A stretch of 63,998 nt of DNA, the filler included, from Intoshia linei (taxonomy: Eukaryota > Animalia > Orthonectida), in assembly GCA_001642005.1 (NCBI GenBank). It is 7 parts of 7 records of this genome, joined end to end, with 100 filler letters (N's around TTAATTAATTAA, not from the genome) between each part and the next. Parts side by side here need not be neighbours in the genome. Positions count along the whole stretch, not along the records: positions 23,189 to 37,021 come from LWCA01001002.1; positions 37,122 to 44,274 come from LWCA01001590.1; 5 more parts are not named here. One strand, written 5' to 3'. Shown one piece after another: positions 25,120 to 39,805 of this stretch; the first letter of the stretch is position 1; every line of letters begins with the position of its first letter. Position numbers and translations under genes: made by a program. Below the pieces are notes generated by a model that saw only the letters and a program-made list of their open reading frames with translations, was not told the origin of the DNA and did no database searches.

Positions 25120-28100
25120 ATGAATATATTACCTCAATTTTATTTAAGAAACGTTAAAAAATTTTCTTGTAAATTATCAAACCATAAAAACACTTTTCAA
25201 ATCACAAAACGATATTTCACTAGAAATAGAAGCAATGGTCAAAATTATTTTTATACAAAATTTGCCAAACAAGTTTCTTTTTTCGTATTGGTATTTTATT
25301 TTATTTTATTTTAAAAATTATTACATTTTGAAACCCGTGGCCTGATTCCGTTTCTCTACGAGGGCTGGTTACTTCTGGTCAGTATATTTTCATCATGTAA
25401 ATCATTTAATTGAATTTTATTTTTTTGTATCAGTATTGATTGTAAACCGTTAATGTCCATATGTAATGCTTAATATATCGGACATTGGAGAGTGTATCAT
25501 CTTGGAGGTCGTGAATCATTAGTAATGATGTACGGCAGTGATTTTCAAAATCGGGTGTGGGGCAATGTTTGAAATATTTGTATTGTTTATCATTATTTAT
25601 CATTTTATTATTCGTTAGACTGGTGGATCAAGTTTCTATTTGGCAGACTATATTAAAAGACGTTTCAAAAACCACCCTACTTATAGAACATGGTCAATAG
25701 TTGATACTGCAATAATGATTGTTGCTGCAAATATTGCCGTATTTATGTTTTGGCGCTTACCTCAATTTACAGCTCTAATGCATAACTATTTTGTTATTTC
25801 TCCAAGTATTTAATTCCTTTGATAGATTCATAGTAAAATTAAAATAAAACAAGTGGTAGTCACTAGACACCTTGTCGGTTGACCTCGAATGATAACTTCG
25901 TTTGTATTCATATGTAGGATGATGCGGATCACGCATATCCGCAGTCGCATATTTCCTACATCAGAAATTATAGTCAAACTGCAAATTGCTAATTGAAATC
26001 CCAATTTCCCAATTAAAAAAGAAAAAATGTATAAAATAAAAATTGTGGGTGAATGATGCTCATAAAAATGAACCACATATTCCTATTTTAACTGAGTTTT
26101 ATTTATAAAATCTAATATTTTATTTTTTAACAAAAAAAAATTGTTTATCAATAGTTAATTAACCTTGTTTAAAGTACATTGTAGTTATTTCTGTTTTTAT
26201 TTACATTAAATGTAAATTTAATTTGTAGCTAGCAGAATATCTTCAATATTATGTGTAGCCTTTAGTCACAAATCATTAATTGTAATTTTTATAAATGTAT
26301 CGTATTTATGATATTTAGCATCTATCAATTAATATGTATGTGATGATGTCATTTAATACTGCTCTTGCTTACATGTTTGACAAATGTGAATATCTTTCAT
26401 TTTATATGTCAGCCGGTAATTTTTTTATTCCATAAAGATTAATAATCGCATGCTACAGAGTGTTTCAGTGCACCATTGCAGTAGTTCTCAAAAAAAATAT
26501 TGCGGGCCCAGTTTTTTTTGTTTAAAAATATTAGTTCATTAAATTTAAATAATTAGAAATTAGTTATTGATATTTATATAGAGCCGAGGCCCTCATCGGT
26601 TTAGATACTTGAATGAATTGTTCGTACATATATTGTAATATGAGGCCTAACATTTTACAAATTGACCATTTAAGAATAAATGTACAGTTCTATGTCTAAG
26701 ACATAGAACTTGAATATCCCATAAAGTGTTAAAAATACTCCTAGTAAAACACTACAAAATTTTGGTCCCAAAATTGTCTTTAAAATCTTTAAAAATTGGT
26801 TAAAAAAGGCCCAAAACCAATGATTATGTCGCTCTAAAAAACATAGTTTAAATGAATGTCGCTCAAGTGAATGTTTGCCGTTTTTGGTCGTTTATATCAG
26901 ACATTTTCAACCCTTTTTCTCTGTGGACCGTACGATGGTCTTGAAAAAACCTGTTAACACACAAAAATTTCAATCTGAATAAATGAAGCCTTCACGGTCA
27001 AAAAATCATTTTAGTATTCATATATTTTTTTTCGAAATATTTTATTACAATAAAAATATGAAATAATTAACGGTCCGTAAATTAAAAAAAAAGATTAACA
27101 AAATTTGAACTTCAGAAATCTACGCATTCTCAGTGAAAAATAATTTTTAATATATGATTAACCAATATTTTTCAAATATTTCGATTAAAATTAAAATTGA
27201 AAATGTAAATATTGATCCTACAATTTCAAAAAAAAATTTGCATTGAACGTCTACACATTTCTAATAAAGAAATATGGGTGAAAATTTATATAATTCATTC
27301 CTTCGCAATTTTTCAATCTTAAATTCTCATTTTCAAATCATTTTGTTTAAAATTTAAATTAAAACTACAACAACAAATTACTAAAAGCAATACAACTTTG
27401 TTATTATTATTTTTATATTTATTAAAATTCTTGCAATATTGGTAAAATTTACCTGAAATCCTAACTTATATAAAATGCGACGCTATTTTTGTTTGTGTGT
27501 CTGTGTGTTACTTTTTTGAAATAACTAGCAACTTTTAGAATTTTTTAAAGACCACATTTCAATTACAGTTTTTTCCGGGGCGTATAATAAGATAAATTTC
27601 AACCTCCCAATTTCACATCTTAAGGGTCAAAAACCCCTGTTGTCCCTCTTTTTGAAAATTAAACGAATTGAAGAATTTAAAAAAATATCAACGAAACTGA
27701 AACAACTTGGTTAATATCATTTTTATATTTATTACAATCCTTTGAAATTTTGGTAAAATTCGACTAAAATATGTTTATAAAGTTCGATTCGGTTAAATAT
27801 TGATATATAATTGGTAATTTAAAGTATTTATTAAATTGGTTCTGAATATATATCATCACATTGAAAATGACAAAATAGGTTTTTATAATTTTATTTTGCT
27901 GGAATTTATGCTATTTATGATAATTTTTAGGATTGGACTGTTTGTACTTTATTTTTAATATTATACACATTTTGTCTAGTAAATTAAAAAAATGGGATGA
28001 CAATTGTTTTTAAAATTCTTTACGCAAATGTTAACAAAACAAAATTAAGATGGAATAATTCAATTTAAAGTAAAAAGTAATGTGGTATATTTCGGTTCCA

Positions 28101-31100
28101 CCTATAACAAGTTTGAGAACCACTCCTTTAAAGGGTTGATAATAGTGAATAGTAGGATTTTTAAGTTAGATTTTCAACGTGAATTTATTTTTGAGTATAA
28201 TAAAAAATGACCCTCGACAGATCTAGGTGCTGTTTGTACGTATTACATAACAGTCAACCTAGTTATGGTATATTGTGCATGTTAATATATGTGTTATATA
28301 ACTAGGGCAAATTTTTCACGGCAACCCTGCAAATAATATAATATATTTTATAGTCTACATACAGAGTTTATAATGACTCACGAATACATGTAAAATTGAT
28401 GTGTAAATATTTTTATCAAAATAATTATATAAATAGGAATGTTTGCATCTTTGGGAAGTATATTGGTTAGGCATTTAAAAGGAATTCGTACACCTTCTAT
28501 TGGAGCGGTAAATTTTTTTATATGAAAATACAATGTAGAATCTACATTATAGATAAAGATATCAATAATATAATATGGTTAAACTATATTCGTATATTTT
28601 TTCGTTATTTAGGTCTCTTTTCTTTTTTTTTAATTGTTATAACTAATTTTTAATAACTATGATTGATATGATATGCAAATGGGAATTACGTAATTCTTTA
28701 AATTTAATAATTATATTTATAAAAATAAATTTTTCTTTACTTAGTTGATGACAGATTATATTTTAAATGACAATTATATTTAACTATTTAATACGAGATT
28801 GAAAGTTTCAATTTGAAACTAATCCGTATAATTTCAATGATTAATCTATACTTTATATTGATAACCAATATAGATTGATATGATACTTTAATTAGACATA
28901 TTCGGTTTTATTTTAGTGAGTAAATTGATTACATGAATCAATGAATTGTAGTGTCTTAACTCTAAACTTAGCTACTTATAATACACATTGTCTATCAATC
29001 TTTGTAATGTATATAGTCACTAAACACTCATTTTATAAACACGCATATTTATTACCCTATGGGCATCTCTTAAACTTTTTTAATAACTTCCTTCTCAGAA
29101 CACGTTTTAGAGTATGTTAAACATTTTGCAGTAGTTTTGAAGAATGTTTTCCAGTTAAATTATCTAATTTGGTCATCATAAATCTAAATCCTGATTATAA
29201 ACCAATGAGAGTGTGACAATTTGATTTATTTTGATTCAAAACAATAATTTAAATAAATTGTATTATCTTGACTGTAGAATGAAAAATTTAATTTAAAAAT
29301 TAATGAAAAGAATTACACGACAGATTTTTAGAAACACGATTCTATAATGTGAATTTTGGCAAAATTTTGTTGGCATGTTTGCCAAGAATTTATAAAACTC
29401 TGTTGCATTAGGTACCCCTAATAAATCATTAAAAATTTTGGGACCATCACGAAGAAAAAGCATTTACAGTAGTGTTTTCAATTCAATTATTGATGTCGGT
29501 CACCTTTTTGAAATTTTTAGCTACACTTAATTTAAGTACACTTTATAGCTGTATAATATACAGTGTATATACTTTGTAGCAGTAGCGGATCTAGGTGGGG
29601 TGTAGTGTCGGCCTCCCCCTGACATCACAAATGTGCCCTTAAAATATTTTAATTTGTGTATTAAACCTTATAATAATTCTTTCGCCCCCTGGCTGAAAAT
29701 CGTAGATCCGACACTGTTTTGTAACTCACTAAAAAATGTGAAAGTATTTATTTAAAATTTTGATGGATTTTGTGTTGTAAGTTTTATACTGAATATTTTT
29801 TCTTGTTCCATTTTATTCCAATTTGCAAAGCCCAACAATAAATCATTAAAAATAATTCACTGAAAAAAAAATTAAAAAATTTTACTACTCACACTTTTTC
29901 CATTATGGACCACTTTTCAACAAAAAAATAGCTTTAATTTTAACACTTATTAAGCGTAATTAAGAAGATTATTTATTTTAGACATACTTATGGCGAACTA
30001 GCAGTGCCGAACCTTCGTCTTCGAAGGGCTCGACTAAATTTTTGTAAAAAAGGAGCATCAATTTACGAAATTGAGCATTAAAAAAATTCTTGAATATTAT
30101 AATTAATTTGTGTGTTAAATTTAAAATGTCAACTTAATAGCCTTAGAGAGGTGACTAGGGTTATATGAAAATACATTTGGTTTTCGAATTTTTTTAAATG
30201 GCCAATTTTTCATTTTAGGGGTGGCCACTAGTTTGCTAGATTTGGCTCTGGTAACTATTATCGAACTAAGTTAAATCGTAACAGATTAAATTTAAATTTA
30301 ACTCACGTGAAAATTATTCACGTTATTCAGTAAAAATTCATTTCATTTTGATAAAATGATGTTTACGTTCACTAATAATAATAAACAATGTATGATCGAT
30401 AATGAATAATAGTCTAATTTTATTTTATTATTAAAAAAAGGTTTCTTAATTTCATGTGGTCCATGTGGACGACTTTGGGAACCATTATATTATAATGTTA
30501 TGTAATGATATTGTAATAATAATGTTATTAACTAATATATCTATAGAAGTTTAAACATATGATTATAATTATTCATTTTTTATGAGACATCTTAATGTAC
30601 AATGCACATTATTATGATGTATGTTTGTCGAGTTGTAATTACCTTAAACTTTGGGAATAAATATATTTTGATGAATACTTTGGTAAATTTTTAAGGGGAA
30701 ATTATTATTCAAGTTTTAATGTATTTGAATTATTTATATATATATTTAAATGATCTTTTATTATACATGATATATTGTTAATTTAGTCTGGAGCAGTGGT
30801 AGCTATATTGGCATATGTGTGTTTCTCTGATGTTATCCAAAGTCGACTCAGTATTATGGGACTTAATTTAATTATTCCCCACTCGTTAGACTCAAAACAG
30901 GTAATTATAAAAAGATTATAAAGTAAAGGTGTATAGGCAATTCTCGCACTTGTTATATTTGATACAGTTGGACTCTTTATTAAACAAAGTAAAATTGATC
31001 ATGCAGCGCATTTGAGTGGTGTCCTATTCGCTTTGTATGTTTTTTTAAAAACAACCCATGCTTCATTTGGTTAATTGTTTTTAGATTGTACAAATGGTTA

Positions 31101-31112
31101 TTGGGAAAATAA
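25120..31112 (+). CDS. PARL: Mitochondrial rhomboid protease PARL
   Basis: Phase-consistent exons 25120-25290, 25619-25805, 26229-26281, 26319-26415, 28437-28507, 30787-30900, 30937-31034 and 31085-31112. Basic presequence; motifs IVAANIAVFMFWR, FSHKSLIHLSINMYV, catalytic SIGASGA and DHAAHLSG. Confidence 0.93.
27459..28262 (+). mobile_element. Non-autonomous Helitron-like element with both termini (in a PARL intron)
   Basis: A|TCCTAACTTATATAAAA followed by a (GT)-microsatellite at the 5' end; 3' hairpin ctgtttgta-cgtat-tacataacag then CTAG|T; no TSD. Confidence 0.75.
29580..29716. mobile_element. hAT-like MITE (CAGTRGCGGATCTAG family); second copy 62096-62254 in the opposite orientation
   Basis: Inverted termini; TSDs ctttgtag / ttttgtaa and ctaatcac / ctagtcac. 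Confidence 0.65.
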
Positions 31113-31385
31113 ATGGAACATTTTGTTAATTTTTCAAATAAATGTAAATTAGTTTTGTTTGTTTACTATTGAAAATGATTTTTCTAAATTTGAGGTACGA
31201 TAATTAATGTACATTAGAATTTGGTGATAACTTAAACGTTTAGTGTGATTTTTAATCAATAGTATCGAATATACTTCTTACAACATTTGGGAATAAAATT
31301 AGACAGCATTTATAGGAAATTTAAAATTAGTTTACATTGTTTTTCTCTGAATTGAATTGACCTGTTTATCCATTAATGTAATGTA

Positions 31386-34300
31386 ATGAAAACACCAAAT
31401 AATTCAATAAACGCTAATATGGCTTCAGATTGTGACGCAATAAAATCTACCAATGGGAAACTTTTTTTAGTAAATAATTCTAGAGGAAATTGTACCGTAG
31501 CTGACTTATCAATAGACGCAACAAAGCGAGTTTTATATTTAAAACGCAAGTCTGGTCTTTTCAGACAACGAAAAACTACACCTATCGGACTTGACACTAT
31601 AACAAATGTTAGTAAGGGATATAATTCTGATATTTTTGCGAAAGTTGCAGCAAAAAACTTGCAGCTTCCAAAAGGAGAAAATTGTTGTTTCAGTATAAAG
31701 TACGGCAACAAATTTAAATCTTTTGATTTTGTTGCAGATTCAGAAAAATCCAGAGACATGTGGATTGATGCTTTTAATAGTCAGGGACATATGACGAAAC
31801 AAGAAGAATGGTTAATAAAGGAATTTTCAAAAGCCGATAAAAACCAAGACGGGCAATTGACTATCAAGGAAATTACCAAACTTTTAAACAACATTCAAAT
31901 CAACATTTCATCTGATTTAATATTGAAAGTTTTCAATAGGTGTAATATCGACCTTAGTACCGATGAAAACGATAAACAAGTTTTAAATTGTAAAGAGTTT
32001 TATACCTTTTTTGAAGAAATTAGTGATTGTGAAGAACTGAGTTCAATTTTCATGCGATACTCTGAAAAACATTTGGATGTAGATATATGGAATTCACGTA
32101 CATTGAAAAGATTTTTAGAAAAGGAAAATAAAATTATTCTGTCAATTGAAGAATGTGCTAAAATTATTCTAGACACAGAAAAATGTCCAAATTTTCAAGA
32201 TTTATGCCACCTTTCGTTGACTGCTTTTCTAAATTTGTTGCATCACAGTGTACTTAATGCTTATGACGCCAAATGTACAGAAAGGGTGTATCAAGACATG
32301 TCTTTACCTTTAAACAATTATTTTATTTCCTCGTCTCATAATACCTATCTGACGAGTGATCAATTGACGAGTGCCAGTTCAATGGAGACTTATGCAAAGT
32401 CTTTGAATAATGGATGTCGATGTGTTGAATTAGACGTTTGGGATGGCAAAAATGGTCCCATCATTAAGCATGGAAATACTTTCACTACCAGAATTGATCT
32501 CAAACCCACACTCACAATTATTAAACAAAATGCTTTTATATGTTCTCCATACCCAGTCATTCTTTCCATTGAAAATCATTTATCTATATCTCAGCAAGCC
32601 ACTATGACAAACACCTTAATTGAAATTTTGGGTGATGCTATTTATACCGATTTTTCTGCTGACGGGCCATTACCTTCTCCAAATTCTTTATTACACAAAT
32701 TTATCATAAAATGCAAAAAATTAAAGTCTATTGAGGATGACAGTGTAAGCGAAGAAGACGAAAATGACACTGGAAAGCCTCACGTTAAATTGAAAATGCA
32801 CATCGGACTCAGTAATCTTGTTGGTATTTGTCAAAGTGTATCATTTAAAGGCTTTGACTATGCTAAAACCAATTATAATGCTAATCAAATGTCTTCGTTG
32901 GGCGAAAAAACTTTTGACAATCTCATCAATAAATACGGAAACTATTTGCTTTGTGTGCATAATAATGACTTCCTTACTAGAACTTATCCATCAGGTTCTC
33001 GCATTGGTTCCAGTAATTATAATCCTTGTAATATGTGGAATTCTGGATGTCAAATAGGTAATATAACAATTTTTATTATTACTTTTAATTATACCCTATT
33101 TCTGTTCTAAACCAGGGGTTCCCAACATGGCCATATGGAACAAGTGGTGTTAAAATTTGTAAAATACATGTATACAAATACATTGTATCATTCTATTAAT
33201 GTAAAAAAATCTTACTCATGCATTAACTTTTCCAGATTGCTGACAGATTAAAAAATTATTCAAGTCAATGACTCGATGATCATTAATATTATGTGATATC
33301 CAATTTTTTCAGATAATTGACATTCCATAATAAATTTTAAACAATTGATTTTGACTATTCAAAAATCTATAAAAATATTCTCCAGAGTATTATTTTATTA
33401 AATGACATTAATAATTTATTTATATTTTTAATTTGTTAGTTATGACGTTTTTATGTCATTACTGTTTATTTATGAAATATTTTTGTTTGTTTATAACAGG
33501 ATTCACCAAATTATTGCCTTATTTTGAATTTAGACCACGTTAAATTTTTTTTAAATTACTGAATATATCTATCAGAGATTTAAAAGTGTTATATTAATAA
33601 ATTCATCTATGCTACGTGAAATTAAAAACTTGTTAAATAAAGAATGGTAAATAAATAGTTAAATTCAATTATATGTAAAATTTTTATGATGATTGATAAA
33701 ATATTTTAGTTGCTCTAAACTGGCAAAAAAACGATACATATATGAATATTTACACTGATTACTTTGAAAATAATGGTAAATGTGGATATATTTTGAAACC
33801 AAACCATATACGACATATAAAAGAAAATACAGAGTTGTCTTGCCGTTTGAAATTAGAACTCTCTGTTACTGTAATTTTTTAATGAGTAAAATGGAGAGTT
33901 CATTCTAGTCTTGTGATTGGTGAACCTAGGTGTTAGGATCCTTGCAATGAATTATAAAAAAATAAAATAATTGTACTTTTAACAGTCCGGTTGTGACTCT
34001 TTAATACTTTTTATATAGAGTCTATATTATGTACTTAGATTTACGATTAAATGTTTTTATATTCGAAATGAAGTTGATAATAAAATAGTAATGTAAAGTA
34101 GTGATTTTTCAACTTTTTTGTATAGCGAACCCTTAATGGTTAATACCAATAAAACGAACTTAAATTTTTTACCATTCATTTATGTTAAATTTAACGTCTA
34201 CTACGTTTTATTTACATTTATTTAATATTACAATTTTTGTGATACAATACAATTTGTATTACATTTTTTCCAATAAATTTTTAGGAAATAATTTAATATA

Positions 34301-35523
34301 ATAGATAATAAGTGGTCACTATATTCCTGCAAACGAGAAAAAGGATGTTGTGGATCCATACGTTAAAGTAGCTATATATGGTGATGACACAGACCACAAA
34401 ACATACACCACGAAAGTAGTAAAGAATAATGGTTTTTTGATTTATTAGTCTAAAATTATAAAATTTAATTTAGGTCTTCGACCAATATGGAAAGAAACCG
34501 TTGTATACAGTATAAACAATTTAGAAAATGCAATTATTTCGTTTCAAGTATACGATTTCGAAAATTATAAATCTGACAAAGTAGTTCTTCAAAGATGTAT
34601 TCCTATTTCGTGCCTTGGTGAAGGTTTCATTTTATTATAATTTAAATGTCCGACCGATAATCTGGGCCGTGGAAAGCTAACAGTGGCCCGGCAGATGAAA
34701 ATTATAGACCCTATACAGAAGCGAAACTACTAAACTCTAGGTCACCCGAAAATGAAAAATATGTTACTGTGAATTGAAGTAATGTACTGTTGGTTTACTG
34801 TTCATTTAAATTTATCTGAAGTTAAATTATAATGAAAGACATAGTAACTATCGGATTTATGCATTTTATTATTATATATGTAAATATAACAAGTTTGAAT
34901 ATATTCGTTAATAAATATTAATAAATTCAAATGTTTCATATTTACTAAATACAAATTGATGTCAATTTTAAGTAATAAATACATTATCTTAAAATATATA
35001 TAATGTATATAAAATATTTTATGGCCCCCTATAATTTTCTGTGACCCCCAAATAGAAAATTTTTTCCATGCCCCTTGATGTTTCCCTTGACTTCTTGGGG
35101 ACACAGGCCCCCTGTTGGGAAACCCTATATTATATTATCATAATTATATACAATATTATAGCCCTTTGCTCACAAATTAGTTATGATATTTAATAATCAA
35201 ATTTTTTAAAATACTTAATTTGGAAAAATATTTCGTTGACGTGTCTAGGTACGGCTCCGTATATAAAGATTATAATTTTTTTTTATAAACCCAAACGATG
35301 TGGGCCACCATACGAAACATTTTTCTAGCAATTACCTTTTAATTTGGAAGAATAGACCCGTCATATGGCTCTCCACAATCCTACCGATCATATCGGAAAT
35401 AATTGAATTAATTAATTGAAATATTTAGGCTATCGCATGGTTCAATTAAAATCAAATTCATTCAACCTAAAAGAACTTAGTAATCTCATCATTCAAGTAA
35501 CGAAAACAATGAATAAACTGTAA
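31386..35523 (+). CDS. PLCD: Phosphoinositide phospholipase C, delta-like (PH-EF-X-Y-C2)
   Basis: Exons 31386-33057, 33710-33870, 34305-34431, 34474-34623 and 35429-35523. EF-hand DKNQDGQLTIKE; X box YFISSSHNTYL, GCRCVELDVWDG, PYPVILSIENH; Y box RTYPSGSRIGSSNYNP, VALNWQ, NGKCGYILKP; C2 DPYVKV, GYRMVQL. No C-terminal extension. Confidence 0.92.
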
Positions 35524-35849
35524 AAAACAATAAACAGTACATACAGTACGTTAAATTTATTAGTCTGTAATATATGAGATCTATTTTCTATGATATATAA
35601 ACTGGGTTGATGTAAGACCGTGGAGAGCTAGCAGTAGGCCCCATTTAAAAGTTTTTAACAAAATGGAACACCTATACATGGCTTAAGCGATCGTTTATTA
35701 TCTAAAAATTAAAAATATATTTGGTAATATGTTTTCTAAATTTAATCATAAAATTTTTTCGAAAACTTTTTTAGGTTAGATAGATTCTATTATTAAATTT
35801 ACATTTAACATTTGTTTAAGCAGAAGTATTTCATCATTAATAGTAGTTG

Positions 35850-36285
35850 AAACATGACTGGAGTAATTCAATTGAAATTGAGTACATTTTTCAATTAGAT
35901 GATTATCAGTGATAATTTATCACTATATTGTTTAAATTACCATAATACATCGAATAATTGACAAATTTGATCTAATGCCTTATCAGTGCATTTTAGAATT
36001 AAAATAACAGTCTATCTCATTAATGAAGTATTTTAAGCCAAATAACAGTCATAAGTACACATTCAAAAGTTTCCAAATAATGTTTTATTTTACTAACATC
36101 TGATTTATAGTCAACTCTCAAATGATCAAATTCGCTCAGTTCTGCAACAGCTTTCCTAACATTACTAAAATTTCGAGCAATTAGTCTAACACAGTCAATT
36201 CTTGCCGACCATCTTGTTTTTGACATTTTATTAAGGTTAACAGGTATATGTTTTTTTATGATTTTCCATCTTTGTGGACTTAATT
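35850..36285 (-). pseudogene. hAT transposase fragment (ZMYM1-like)
   Basis: SPQRWKIIK...SKTRWSARIDCV...FECVLMTVIWLKIL, followed by stop codons. Confidence 0.75.
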
Positions 36286-37122
36286 AAAAACAGAAAGTAC
36301 GAGTACGTACGATATATAATATCAATAAACTAGGTTGACTGTTATGTACTACGTACAAACAGTACCTAGATCTGCCGAGGACGGACTTTTTTAATGATAC
36401 CCCAAAATAATGGAGCAATGATTTCGCATTAACCCTTACGAGACAATAACACGTATATATACAAAAAATGAATATGAAAAAATGTTAACTGTTTGCAAAC
36501 AAAAATAAGGCGGTACAGGTATCAATTGTGAACAAATCATTACTGATGAAATATGAGTACAAAATTAATTTTATTACCAACGTTTACATAGTGTCAACAA
36601 TAAAATATTACTTTATGAAGAGATATTTCAGTTTTTGCGCATTAAATAAAATTTTTTCATCTTTACCCTTATTAAATTTATAAATTGTATATTTTTAATA
36701 TAATTAAAATGTACATGATGCTAAAATTAATTTTTAGATATATAACGAGAATTGACATCAATTTAAGTACTGTTATTTTAAATTTGTTTTATTAGTATTA
36801 ATGTATTAAATTTAAAAAAACCTTGGGTTGTGCCTTTAAAGTTTTTAACAAATTATAGCTCATCGTAACGTTTATGTAATATTTTTTTGAACTTTTTGAA
36901 CTTTTTATTTGAAACACAAAAAAAATTTTTATTTTTTTTTTTTAATTATTTTTATAATAAAATAATGAACTCTAAATTTACATAAATATTTATTAACAAT
37001 TAATGTAAATAATTAATTCGCNNNNNNNNNNNNNNNNNNNNNNNNNNNNNNNNNNNNNNNNNNNNTTAATTAATTAANNNNNNNNNNNNNNNNNNNNNNN
37101 NNNNNNNNNNNNNNNNNNNNNA

Positions 37123-37287
37123 TGTACATGTCAATACTACATGAAAAAATTTAATTGCCTCCATATTGTAGCGATTTCCCTTTTACTAAATTTGACTACC
37201 GAAGATGAGGCAAAATCAATTTTATTGGGTCAGGAAAAAAAGCGTGGTAGACCTAAAAAGGCCAAACAAGCGTTTATAATTCAGTAA
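37123..37287 (+). mobile_element. C-terminus of a SWIM zinc-finger (MULE-type) transposase, cut by the gap
   Basis: CTCQYYMKKFNCLH (CxC-x8-CxH SWIM) and AT-hook-like KKRGRPKK, then a stop. Confidence 0.7.
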
Positions 37288-38095
37288 ATCTTTGTAAATA
37301 AATATTTTTATTTGGTATACTATTTTCTTCGTAATTTTAAAAATAGTCTAAATAAATAACTTCAATTAATTAATTATGAAAATAATGAATACGTTTGATT
37401 TTGTTAAACTAAGCTTTAATTATACTGATGTTTTCTTCATAATTTGAAAAATATAAAAAATACCGAATTTAGATGTTTAATTTTAACGGAAAATGGTAAT
37501 ATGCTATATTTTCCTGTAATATTCATTATCTAAATTAAATATTCTTCTGTAATATTGTTTATTCTCCGGTAATATGCTATTTTTTTCTATGGTAAATAAT
37601 ATTATCGTCATTTTTAAATTAGAAATTAATTTAATAATTATTAAGAAATTTAACACTCGAAAATATTAAATATTTCATTTTTTTAATATTTTTATAATTT
37701 GTAAAAAATATTTCGGGCTTTGCCCTTATCAACCTCGGAGAGTCGCCACTGATTATTTACCAATATTTTTCTAATATTTCGATTAAAATATAAATTGAAA
37801 ATGTAAATATTGATTTTAAAATTTCAAAAAAATATACATTGAACGTCTAAACATTTTAAATAAAGAAATATGGATGAAAATGTATATAATTCATTGCTTC
37901 GGGTTTTTTTTCATTGCTACGCATTTTTCACCATGAATTAAATAATTAAATGCAGATGTTTAACAATTATTTCGTTATTAGAATGTGCCTACTACAATCA
38001 TAATAATTTTATCAAAGTATAATGAACCTCGGTTAATGAATTTCTGAATTGAAAAAACTAAAATCTCAGCTGCACATTTTTCATTTTAAATTCAA

Positions 38096-39805
38096 ATGGA
38101 CGTAAATTTATCCAGTAAAATAACATATATTGCACAAAAGCAATTACAACATACCAGAAGATATCAAATTTTAATATATGTGCTTATTGCTGTATTTGAT
38201 TGCTTTTGTTCAAATGCACACATGAATACAATGGTTTTCGTAGGGTATACTCCTAAACATCGATGTGCTGTAAACACTAATGATACCCGTTATTATTCCA
38301 AGCATTATAATAAAACTTATGAAACAAATTATGACTTGGATTATAAATGTTCCATTATTAATGATAATTTGAAATCTTCCGAATGTAAATATGGTCATGT
38401 ATACGATAAAACACCTATAGAAACATCTATTGTAACGGAATGGAATTTAATCTGCAAATACAATATATTACCAGAAGTTTCCCAAGCACTGTTCAATTTT
38501 GGTATAATGAGTGGCGCCATTATGTTTGGATTTCTAGCTGATAGATATGGTAGGAAGAAAATTTACGTTTCATGTATTATAATTCAAGCTTTGATTGGTG
38601 CGTGTGCGTCTTTTGTACAAAGATATTGGGAGTATATTTTTTTACGAATGTTTGTTGGGGCTTGCGAACAAGGGGTAATATTAAATTTTTTATATCAGTC
38701 ATGATTTCAGAGAGTTGGTTACTCAGTTAGTATGACGCCACACGAGAAATTAAAAATATTAGTCTGGACAAAGAAGCAGAAAGTTTCTTATAGCTGGAGA
38801 AAAAATTTCTTAAAATTTAAATTATTTGGCATTACTAAGTATCAGACCAATTTGGGACAATAAGTTAATTTTTTTTAAAAAGTTGCTCACACTTTGACAA
38901 CTCAAAATTATCATTTCAGTAACCTACAAATTTACTGAATAGTACTGATTTACATTGCCCTACATTTTTAAAACTCTTCTATATGAACATTTAGGTAAAC
39001 ATAATAGGATTTACTCTCGCTATAGAATTGTTTATGGAAAAAGAAAGAGCAATCTTTGCAACTTCCTACAGCTTGTTTTGGTCTTTAGGTGGTGTTTATT
39101 TTGCATTATTAGCATATCTGTTAAGAAACTGGCGTGTATTGCAATTCTTTATATCCATTCCTTGGATTTTTTCCATCGTTTTGTTATGGATATTACCGGA
39201 ATCTTTAATTTGGTTGATTTCAAAAAATAGATTCAAGGAAGCTGACAAAATTCTAATCTTTGCAACTCGTTTATACCCAAATTACTCACTTGAAAAAAAT
39301 TACCTTTCAAATTTCGCAGAGATGGAACAAAATCGTGCTGGTCCGTCAAGTATAGAAAACGGTAAACCTGATATTAAAGCTAAAAAAAGTTCCAATATTT
39401 ATGACTTATTTAAAACTCCAAATATGCGTAAAGTCAGCATTTGCGTTTCTTTGTTATGGTTTTTTAACATGTCTACTTATTTTGGCTGGTCATACCATAC
39501 TCCAAATCTCAATGGAAATGTCTATCTCAATTATTTTATTCATCAAGTAATTGAAGCACTTTCTTTTTTTATGACAATGCTTCTAATTATCCAATACGGA
39601 AGAATCAAGATTCTCATAATTTTTCAAATTATTGCAGGTCTTTCATGTATTATTGGCGTCTTTATACCCAAATATTTATTCAGTTACAATATGCGATGGT
39701 TACAACTTTTATTTGTCATTATTTCAAAAATGGGATTTAGTGCCACGGCAGAAATTATTTACATATATACTCCGGAAATATTCCCAACATGTCTCAGAAC
39801 TACAG
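38096..39805 (+). CDS. SLC22 / organic cation transporter-like MFS protein, copy 1 (3' exons not found)
   Basis: Exons 38096-38674 and 38995-39805. Motifs SIVTEWNLIC, GFLADRYGRK, LPESLIWL, YTPEIFPTCLRTTG. Confidence 0.85.
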
